From an uncultured Collinsella sp. (GTDB taxonomy: Bacteria > Actinomycetota > Coriobacteriia > Coriobacteriales > Coriobacteriaceae): a stretch of 64,000 nucleotides of DNA. Of the stretch, positions 43,159 through 50,292 are shown piece by piece. The stretch's first letter is position 1. Each line of letters begins with the position of its first letter. The stretch is from the NCBI GenBank assembly GCA_958448275.1, contig CAUDDF010000003.1, positions 13,051 to 77,050 of the forward strand. The letters run 5' to 3'. The position numbers and the translations under genes are program-made. The notes under the pieces were generated by a model. That model ran no database searches and was not told where the DNA came from. It worked only from the letters and a program-made list of their open reading frames with translations.

Positions 43159-43976
43159 TAGAGTTCTAGCGTGAGGGTGACGGGGCAGTGGTCGCTGCCG
43201 AAGATGTCGCCGCGGATGCCGGTGTCGCGAACGTTGGCGGCGATTGCGTCGCTTACCAGGAAGTAGTCGATGCGCCAGCCGGCGTTGTTCTTGCGGGCAT
43301 TAAAGCGATAGCTCCACCAGCTGTAGACGCCCTCAACGTCCGGATTAGCCGTGCGCCAGGTATCGGTAAAGCCGGCGTTGAGCAGCTCGGTAAACTTACC
43401 GCGCTCTTCGTCCGAAAAGCCTGCGTTGCCGCGGTTGGACTTGGGGTTCTTAAGGTCGATCTCTTCGTGCGCCACGTTAAAGTCGCCGCAGGTTACGACG
43501 GGCTTGCCGGTTTCGTGCTCAAGCGCGCCCAAAAAGCCGCGATAGGCATCGTCCCAGGCCATACGCACGTCGATGCGCGCGAGCTCATTTTGCGCGTTGG
43601 GCGTATAGACGTCGACAAACCAAAACTTGTCGAACTCGAGCGCACAGACGCGGCCCTCGGTTGCGGCTTGGGCAACGAGCTCGGCGGCCTCGCCCTCGCC
43701 GGCGTAGGGCAGCAGCGCGTCGGCGCGCAGCACGCGTAGCGGCTCCTGGCGGCTAAAGACCGCGGTGCCCGAATAGCCTTTGCGCTCGGCGTAGCTCCAG
43801 GTTTGGTGATAGCCGGGCAGGTCGATATCGACCTGGCCCTCCTGCAGCTTGGTCTCCTGCAGCGCCAGGATATCGACGTCGAGTTCTTGCGCGATCTGGA
43901 TAAAGCTCGGGTCCTTTTTGAGCACGGCGCGCAGGCCGTTGACGTTCCACGAGGCGAAAGTGTAAGTCTGAGGCAT
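43158..43976 (-). CDS. xth: Exodeoxyribonuclease III / AP endonuclease (ExoA)
   Basis: SWNVNGLRA, LQETK, GYSGTA, CGDFNVAH, WWSYR, GWRIDYF, GSDHCP. Confidence 0.95.
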   Translation of the reverse strand: MPQTYTFASWNVNGLRAVLKKDPSFIQIAQELDVDILALQETKLQEGQVDIDLPGYHQTWSYAERKGYSGTAVFSRQEPLRVLRADALLPYAGEGEAAELVAQAATEGRVCALEFDKFWFVDVYTPNAQNELARIDVRMAWDDAYRGFLGALEHETGKPVVTCGDFNVAHEEIDLKNPKSNRGNAGFSDEERGKFTELLNAGFTDTWRTANPDVEGVYSWWSYRFNARKNNAGWRIDYFLVSDAIAANVRDTGIRGDIFGSDHCPVTLTLEL

Positions 43977-44111
43977 GGTGTCCTTTCGACGGGGTTGGCA
44001 GGCTTAAGATTAGCGCAACAGGGGCGGGGTGGGCTCCGTGCATGCTGACTTAAAGGCCGCATGCTGGGACGTCGCTCAACGCTGCCCGACTAACAAGGAC
44101 GGAGGACTCAT

Positions 44112-44864
44112 ATGACGCAGGCAATATCGGACCCCAGGCAGGCCTCCGCCGCGCTGGCGGATCTGTTTGACACCCACAAGCGCGTGGTCTTCTTTGGCGG
44201 CGCTGGTGTTTCCACGGCAAGTGGCATCCCCGATTTCCGCAGCGTGGACGGCCTGTATCACCAGCAGTTTGCCTATCCGCCCGAGACCATGCTGTCGCAT
44301 AGCTTTTACGAGGCACATCCTGCGGAGTTCTTCGACTTTTACCGCACCAAGATAATCGCGCTTAACGCTAAGCCTAACCGCTGCCACACCAAGCTGGCCG
44401 AGCTGGAGCGCGCCGGCAAGCTCGACGCCGTGGTGACGCAAAATATCGACGGTCTGCACCAGGCGGCCGGCTCGCAGCGCGTGTTCGAGCTGCACGGATC
44501 GGTCCATCGCAACATTTGCCAGTCGTGCGGCGCGGTCTATAGCGCCGAGTGGATTTGCTCGCGCGAGCACGAGGACGCCGCGGGCGTGCCTGTGTGTCCT
44601 GCGTGCGGCGGGCGCATCAAGCCCGATGTGGTGCTCTACGAGGAGCCGCTCGATGAGCATGTGCTGACCGGTGCCGTTGCCGCCATCGCCGCGGCCGATG
44701 CCCTCATTGTGGGTGGGACCTCGCTCGTGGTGTATCCGGCGGCGGGCCTTACGCGTTACTTTACCGGCGATACGCTGGCCATATGCAACCTTGCTCCCAC
44801 CGATCAGGATGCAAATGCCGACCTGCTGATTTCTTGCGACATCGCGGCCGCGTTTGCGTTCTAG
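44112..44864 (+). CDS. cobB: NAD-dependent protein deacylase (Sir2/CobB family)
   Basis: GAGVSTASGIPDFR, TQNIDGLHQ, ELHGS, CxxC..CxxC, KPDVVLYEE, GTSLVVYPAAG. Confidence 0.92.
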   Translation: MTQAISDPRQASAALADLFDTHKRVVFFGGAGVSTASGIPDFRSVDGLYHQQFAYPPETMLSHSFYEAHPAEFFDFYRTKIIALNAKPNRCHTKLAELERAGKLDAVVTQNIDGLHQAAGSQRVFELHGSVHRNICQSCGAVYSAEWICSREHEDAAGVPVCPACGGRIKPDVVLYEEPLDEHVLTGAVAAIAAADALIVGGTSLVVYPAAGLTRYFTGDTLAICNLAPTDQDANADLLISCDIAAAFAF

Positions 44865-44959
44865 CCCGCGCGCGCGGATACAATAGAAAGACTGAGTGCA
44901 AAGCGACCCCGCCGCCAGCTCCCCAAGCTCGGCGGCGTGGGCATTTTAGGAGGATGTTC

Positions 44960-46702
44960 ATGGCGAACGACAGCAAGACATGGCGGTGCGGAAAGTATGA
45001 GCTCAGCTTTGACCGTCCGCGCATCATGGGCGTCCTCAACGTGACGCCCGATTCGTTTAGCGATGGCGGGGAGCACTTCGACCCCGATGCCGCCATCGAG
45101 TACGGCCTGGCGATGCTCGACGCCGGCGCCGACATCATCGACGTGGGCGGCGAGTCCACGCGCCCCGGCTTTACCCCGGTCAACCCCGACGAGGAGGCTC
45201 GCCGCGTGCTGCCCGTGGTGCGTGCGCTGGCCAAGGAGGGCGCCATCGTCTCGATCGACACGCGTCATGTGGCGGTTGCCAAGGCGGCCGTGCGCTGCGG
45301 CGCCTCGATCGTCAACGACGTGACCGGCTTCACCGATCCCAAGATGGTCGAGTTCGTTAAGACGAGCACTTGCGGCGTCATCGTGATGCATGCCGGCGAG
45401 GTCGCCGCGCCCGTCCGCACGCACGCAACGGTGCAGCTCGATACCTCGGCAGCGGCGTTTGTTGCCGAGAAGGCGCGCGAGGCGGCTGCCGAGGCCGCGC
45501 GTGAGGCCGAGAAGCCGGCTCGCCGCCGTCGCGGCAAGTTGCTGGGCGAGCCTAAGCCGGAGGCCAAGCTTCCGGGCGGCGTGGTGCAGCCCTCGTTGCC
45601 GTTTGGCGAACCGGAGCCCACGTCCGAGCCTGCAAGCGAGCAGGAGACGCCGGCCGCCGAGCAGGCTGCTGCCGCCGAGACCGTCGCGCCCGCGCCCGAG
45701 GCCGCGCCCGCAGCCACCGAGGCCGCATCGGAGTCCAATGACCGCCTGGCCGCCATGATGCGCCGCAGTGCCCGCCGTGAGGAGGCCTATGTGCCCACCT
45801 CGCAGCTCCGCCGCTTTACCCTGCCCGATTCGGCGCCCATCATGCGCCGCGTCATGGGCTTTCTGTCCGACCAGGCCCGCACGCTCATCCATGCCGGCGT
45901 GTCGCGCGACCGCATCTGCATCGATCCTGGCCCGGGCTTTGGTAAGTCGGCTAACGAGGACATCGTCATCCAGCGCGAGACTGCCAAGATGGCGTCGCTG
46001 GGCTACCCGCTCATGTGCGCCGTGTCGCGCAAGCGCTTTGTGGGCGCCGTCTCGGGCGTGACCGAGGCCGCCGAGCGCGATGCCGCCACGTTTGGCGTGT
46101 GCCTGGGCGCCATCCAGGCCGGTGCCAACATCGTGCGCGTGCACGACGCCGCGGGTTTTGCGCAGTTCCTGAACGGTTACTGGGCGGTTGCCAAGCCGCA
46201 GCCGCGCCGCGCGTTTGTGGCCGTGGGCTCCAACCTGGGGCATCGCTGCGACAACATCCGCGCCGCACGCGAGATGATCGCCGAGATTCCACTCACCTGC
46301 GTGTCCAACTCCTCCAAGATTTACGAGAGCGAGCCGGCCTACGAGACGCGCCAGGACGCGTTTGCCAACGCCGTCATCGAGATCAAGACCGAGCTGGCGC
46401 CGTTGGTGCTGCTCGACGAGCTTATGAAGATCGAGGCCGAGCTGGGGCGCGACCGCTCCAAAAAGGCCAAGGCCAACGGTCCGCGCACCATCGACCTGGA
46501 CCTGCTGTGGATGGACGGCGAGACCCACGGCGGCAAAAAGCTGCGCCTGCCGCATCCGCTGATCGGCGAACGCGATTTTGTGCTGGTGCCGCTCGAGGAC
46601 CTGATGCACGACCCGGCGCGGTTCTTCCGCTACAACGGCGTCGAGGTCAAGGAGCCCGAGGACCGCGTGGGCCATATCGTGGGCGAATTGGGGCGTATGT
46701 AG
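44960..46702 (+). CDS. folP: Fused dihydropteroate synthase (FolP) and HPPK (FolK), with a long Ala/Glu/Pro-rich insertion in FolP
   Basis: IMGVLNVTPDSFSDGG, GGESTRPG, IDPGPGF.K, SRKRF, VRVHD; then GSNLG, YESEP, FANAV, GPRTIDLDLL, LPHP..ERDFVL.PL. Confidence 0.92.
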   Translation: MANDSKTWRCGKYELSFDRPRIMGVLNVTPDSFSDGGEHFDPDAAIEYGLAMLDAGADIIDVGGESTRPGFTPVNPDEEARRVLPVVRALAKEGAIVSIDTRHVAVAKAAVRCGASIVNDVTGFTDPKMVEFVKTSTCGVIVMHAGEVAAPVRTHATVQLDTSAAAFVAEKAREAAAEAAREAEKPARRRRGKLLGEPKPEAKLPGGVVQPSLPFGEPEPTSEPASEQETPAAEQAAAAETVAPAPEAAPAATEAASESNDRLAAMMRRSARREEAYVPTSQLRRFTLPDSAPIMRRVMGFLSDQARTLIHAGVSRDRICIDPGPGFGKSANEDIVIQRETAKMASLGYPLMCAVSRKRFVGAVSGVTEAAERDAATFGVCLGAIQAGANIVRVHDAAGFAQFLNGYWAVAKPQPRRAFVAVGSNLGHRCDNIRAAREMIAEIPLTCVSNSSKIYESEPAYETRQDAFANAVIEIKTELAPLVLLDELMKIEAELGRDRSKKAKANGPRTIDLDLLWMDGETHGGKKLRLPHPLIGERDFVLVPLEDLMHDPARFFRYNGVEVKEPEDRVGHIVGELGRM

Positions 46703-47404
46703 ATGATCGAGATGAATGCTGTTGCCGCTGGCACCGAGCTCGACGCGGCGCGCGACGCGGGCCGCGAGGGCATGTCCGCGGGCTGGTGCGCGTGGAGCGC
46801 GGGCGATGCATCGCTGATGTTTTCGCTGATCGTGCGCCCGGACGTGAACATGCATGCCTTCCACGGCCTGCCGTTTGTGGCTGCGATGGGCATGATGGAC
46901 GCGCTCGTGGGCACGGCTTCGACGCCGGGGTTGGGCCTTGCCGGTAAGGTGGGTATCCAGTGGCCGAGCGATATCGTGTGCGGTGCGCCTGCGTTTGAGA
47001 CGTCGCTCGCGCGTGTTGCCGTGAACGGCGGTGCCGCTGCTGCGGGCATGTTCGGTGCCGTGACGGTGGATATTGAGCGTTCGGCGCTGGGCGAGCTTGG
47101 TGTGGACGTGGCTGACGAAGCGCTGGTCGAGACGCTGGCCGCCGCCGTGCTGGCCCGCGTGGACGCTTGGGCGGTTGTTGCCAACACGCCGCAAGGCGCC
47201 GCAGGGCCGCTGGCTCCCGTGCTGGGCGAGTACTTCGACATGGTGCCGCTGCTGGGCCGCCAAGTTGCGGCGGTGTCGCCCAACGGCCTGCCGCTTGCGG
47301 TCGGTGTGTTTGCAGGCCTGGACATCTGGGGCCGCGCGACCATTAAGACCGATGCCGGCGAGCAGGAGTTTCCGCCCGAGGCCGTACGAATTCGCGGGCT
47401 GTAG
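46703..47404 (+). CDS. Degenerate biotin-protein ligase (BirA/BPL)-like protein
   Basis: W..SAGDASLMFSLIVRP, GIQWPSDI (cf. KWPND), C-terminal LGRQV..G...GLD..G; GRGR loop and catalytic Lys not recognisable. Confidence 0.6.
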   Translation: MIEMNAVAAGTELDAARDAGREGMSAGWCAWSAGDASLMFSLIVRPDVNMHAFHGLPFVAAMGMMDALVGTASTPGLGLAGKVGIQWPSDIVCGAPAFETSLARVAVNGGAAAAGMFGAVTVDIERSALGELGVDVADEALVETLAAAVLARVDAWAVVANTPQGAAGPLAPVLGEYFDMVPLLGRQVAAVSPNGLPLAVGVFAGLDIWGRATIKTDAGEQEFPPEAVRIRGL

Positions 47405-47442
47405 CGCGGGGCGTTCGCGCCCAAAGATAGACATGACAACAA

Positions 47443-47473
47443 GACCCTCCTCGGCCTGTGCCGGGGAGGGTTT
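47443..47473 (+). terminator. Terminator-like hairpin after the birA-like gene
   Basis: accctcctcggc-ctgt-gccggggagggttt. Confidence 0.55.
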
Positions 47474-47502
47474 CGCCTATCTGGGGAATGGGTTGCCAGC
47501 GC

Positions 47503-47545
47503 CCTATTCCTCAAAACTGAAAAATTTTCGTTTTTGAGGAATAGG
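47503..47545. repeat. 43-bp palindromic repeat, copy 1
   Basis: cctattcctcaaaa-ctgaaaaattttcgt-ttttgaggaatagg. Confidence 0.92.
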
Positions 47546-47588
47546 ATTAAGGCAGCTCGGTCTTTCGCGAGGTATATTCGCTATAGAG

Positions 47589-47631
47589 CCTATTCCTCAA
47601 AACTGAAAATTTTTCAATTTTGAGGAATAGC
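47589..47631. repeat. 43-bp palindromic repeat, copy 2
   Basis: cctattcctcaaaa-ctgaaaatttttcaa-ttttgaggaatagc. Confidence 0.92.
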
Positions 47632-47656
47632 GATAAAAGACCGCGAGGAGGCCCCA

Positions 47657-48853
47657 ATGAAACTCATCAATAGAACGTCATATATGGACACGTTGACGAG
47701 CCTTATTGGCGTGCCGGACATCAAGGTCATCACGGGCATCCGTCGTAGCGGTAAATCAAAATTGCTCGAGGCCCTCCGCGATTACGTGGAGGCAAATCTG
47801 TCCAATTCGAATGTCATCCATATCAACTACAACCTCGATGAGTTCGAGAATCTGCTCGAGTATCACGCGCTGCTCGCCTATGTAAAAGAGCATCGAGTGT
47901 CCGGCAAACAAAACTTTCTGCTTATCGATGAAGTTCAGATGTGCGACGGTTTTGAGCGTGCGATCAACAGCCTCCACGCATCCGAGCAGTACGACATATT
48001 CATTACCGGATCGAATGCCTTTTTGCTGTCGAGCGATCTGTCGACGCTCTTTACGGGGCGTACGTTTGAGATCGAGGTTTTCCCATTCTCGTTTGAGGAG
48101 TATCGACTCTATGGCGACGAGGGCGAGGTCGACCGCGACTTCGATGAGTACGCGAGAACCGGCGGTATGTCCGGCTCCTACCCTTATCCACTGCAGGAGC
48201 AGCGTTATCAATATCTCTCCAATGTCTTCAAAACGCTCATCGTGAGAGATATCGTGCAGCGGCATAACGTGAGAAACGAATCGGCGCTGCTGCGCATTGC
48301 CGATTACATGATGGACAACGTATCCAACATAACGTCGGCACGTAACATTACGGATATTTTGAACGCGGATGGGCTAAAGATAACGAACAAGACGGTCGGC
48401 ACGTACATGGGGTGCCTGTGCGATGCGTTTGCCTTCTATAAAGTTCGTCGGTACGACATCCGCGGCAAAAAATACCTTAAGAGCGGCGAGAAGTATTACC
48501 TGGCAGACCACGCGTTCAAATACGCGCTGCTCGGTACACGTGATATGGATTGGGGACGCGTATACGAGAACATGGTGGCAATCGAGCTGCTGCGCCGCGG
48601 ATACGAGGTATACGTCGGCGTGCTCTATAAAAAGGAAATAGACTTTGTAGCAATCAAGCGAAGCGAGAAGCTCTACATTCAGGTGAGCGACGACATCAGC
48701 TCGGATAAGACATTTGAACGCGAGATTTCACCACTGCTGAGCATTGGCGACGCGTACCCCAAGATGATTCTCGCCCGCACGCATCACGAGGCCACGGACC
48801 GCAATGGGGTGCAGATCGTGGACCTGGCGAGGTGGCTGTGCGACGAGGCCTAG
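47657..48853 (+). CDS. AAA+ ATPase (AAA_14 type) with C-terminal DUF4143 / PD-(D/E)XK-like domain
   Basis: GIRRSGKS Walker A, LIDEVQ Walker B, ITGSN, TGR, KYYLAD, ENMV..EL, EIDFV....K.YIQV; visibly more A/T-ending codons than neighbours. Confidence 0.88.
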   Translation: MKLINRTSYMDTLTSLIGVPDIKVITGIRRSGKSKLLEALRDYVEANLSNSNVIHINYNLDEFENLLEYHALLAYVKEHRVSGKQNFLLIDEVQMCDGFERAINSLHASEQYDIFITGSNAFLLSSDLSTLFTGRTFEIEVFPFSFEEYRLYGDEGEVDRDFDEYARTGGMSGSYPYPLQEQRYQYLSNVFKTLIVRDIVQRHNVRNESALLRIADYMMDNVSNITSARNITDILNADGLKITNKTVGTYMGCLCDAFAFYKVRRYDIRGKKYLKSGEKYYLADHAFKYALLGTRDMDWGRVYENMVAIELLRRGYEVYVGVLYKKEIDFVAIKRSEKLYIQVSDDISSDKTFEREISPLLSIGDAYPKMILARTHHEATDRNGVQIVDLARWLCDEA

Positions 48854-48861
48854 CAGAAAGC

Positions 48862-48904
48862 CCTATTCCTCAAAACTGAAAATCTTTCGATTTTGAGGAA
48901 TAGG
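48862..48904. repeat. 43-bp palindromic repeat, copy 3
   Basis: cctattcctcaaaa-ctgaaaatctttcga-ttttgaggaatagg, 8 bp after the ATPase stop. Confidence 0.92.
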
Positions 48905-48959
48905 GCCGATGCGTTGCCTAGTTCGCCGCTCGCGCTCGTGCTCGACTTAAGCCCCTGTC

Positions 48960-49733
48960 CTATCCCAGCTCCTGCATGCGGCGGTAGATTTCGCAGATAC
49001 CCTTGATGGTGAGCTGTCCGTCGACCACGTCGAAGGCATCGGTCGAATCGGCGACGATGCTGGCGAGACCGCCCGTGGCGATAACGGTGGCATCCTCGCG
49101 GCCCAGCTCGCGCTTCATGCGCGCGACCAGGCCCTCAGCCATGGCGGCGGCGCCCATCACGGCGCCGACCTTGATGCACTCCTCGGTATCGCGGCCGATG
49201 GCGTGCTCGGGCGCCTCGAGCGGCACGCTGGCGAGCTTGGCGGCACGGGCGGCAAGCGCGTCCATGGAGATGCGAATGCCCGGCGCGATCGCTCCGCCAA
49301 TGTAATAACCGTCCTCATCGATGACGTCGATATTGGTCGCGGTGCCAAAGTCCACCACGATTGCCGGCGCGCCGTAGAAAGTTTCGGCCGCAACGGCGTT
49401 AGCGACGCGATCGGCGCCTACGGCTTGGGGACGCGCCGCGCGCAGCTTGGTCACCGCGGCCGTCTGCGGCCCGATGACGATGGCGTCCGCGGCAATGCGG
49501 TCGGCCACGGCGTGCCATTCGCGCGAGAGCTGCGGCACCACGCCGGCAAAGGCGATCGCGTCGACCGCGTCGAGCGAAAGGCCGTACATCTTAAAGAAAC
49601 CCATCAGGCGCACATGGATCTCGTCGGCGGTATAGGAGCGGTCGGTGGGCATGCGCCACGACTGCACCAGCTCGTCTCCGTCAAACAGGCCCATGGCCGT
49701 CTGCGTGTTTCCCATATCGATAGCGAGCAGCAT
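48960..49733 (-). CDS. coaX: Type III pantothenate kinase
   Basis: MLLAIDMGNT, VGADRVAN, VVDFGTAT, GGAIAPG, IATGG. Confidence 0.94.
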   Translation of the reverse strand: MLLAIDMGNTQTAMGLFDGDELVQSWRMPTDRSYTADEIHVRLMGFFKMYGLSLDAVDAIAFAGVVPQLSREWHAVADRIAADAIVIGPQTAAVTKLRAARPQAVGADRVANAVAAETFYGAPAIVVDFGTATNIDVIDEDGYYIGGAIAPGIRISMDALAARAAKLASVPLEAPEHAIGRDTEECIKVGAVMGAAAMAEGLVARMKRELGREDATVIATGGLASIVADSTDAFDVVDGQLTIKGICEIYRRMQELG

Positions 49734-49869
49734 GTCTACTCCCAGTGTTGGCATAAAAGGACGCGCACCATTGTATACGCGTCGCCGACGGCACTCGGCT
49801 GCGATTCGTTTACGGTGATAGGGGCTGAGGGGTTTAAATATGAAGGAATTATGCTCCACGAGTTTTTCC

Positions 49870-49898
49870 TTGCCGTTTACCGAACTCCCGCGTAATAT
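49870..49898 (+). promoter_or_regulatory. Sigma70-type promoter of tRNA-fMet
   Basis: TTGCCG-17 bp-TAATAT. Confidence 0.65.
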
Positions 49899-49929
49899 TC
49901 TTTCTTGCGCACATGAGGCGCCCAGACAT

Positions 49930-50006
49930 TGCGGGGTGGAGCAGTCTGGTAGCTCGCCGGGCTCATAACCCGGAGGTCGTAGGTTCAAATCCTGCCCCCG
50001 CGACCA
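49930..50006 (+). tRNA. tRNA-Met (CAT), initiator type
   Basis: GCGGGGTGGAGCAGTCTGGTAGCTCG-CCGGG-CTCATAA-CCCGG; three G-C pairs closing the anticodon stem; encoded CCA. Confidence 0.96.
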
Positions 50007-50015
50007 AGAACTTGC

Positions 50016-50048
50016 AGCTCGTCGGCCTAGCCGACGAGCTTTTTTGTT
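50016..50048 (+). terminator. Terminator after tRNA-fMet
   Basis: agctcgtcggc-cta-gccgacgagct followed by tttttgtt. Confidence 0.85.
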
Positions 50049-50292
50049 ATTCCGGGACCGTGTTCTCGGTCCAATTCTTGGCCTCTCAAACAAAATCTCG
50101 ATCTGTAACATCTAGACCCGATTTAGGCGGCTAGGTGTTACAGATCGAGAAAAACCCGCTGTTGGGCTCATCCCATCCACCTGCCGCTACCTGCTGTCCG
50201 CCGATTTCCGTTGCGCTGCTGTATTCCCATGCCATATCCTCTAGATAACTACGCGGCATTATCGCCGCCGCGCCTACAAGAGAGGAATGTCC

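Noticed and set aside
45400..45830. Intein in FolP (also considered for DnaB)
   Set aside because: No C/S...HN-C/S/T splice motifs; the insert is low complexity, and DnaB is of normal length.
48960..50111. 383-aa ORF as listed in the ORF track
   Set aside because: Its N-terminal 126 codons overlap the tRNA-fMet antisense; the real coaX starts at 49733 (MLLAIDMGNT).
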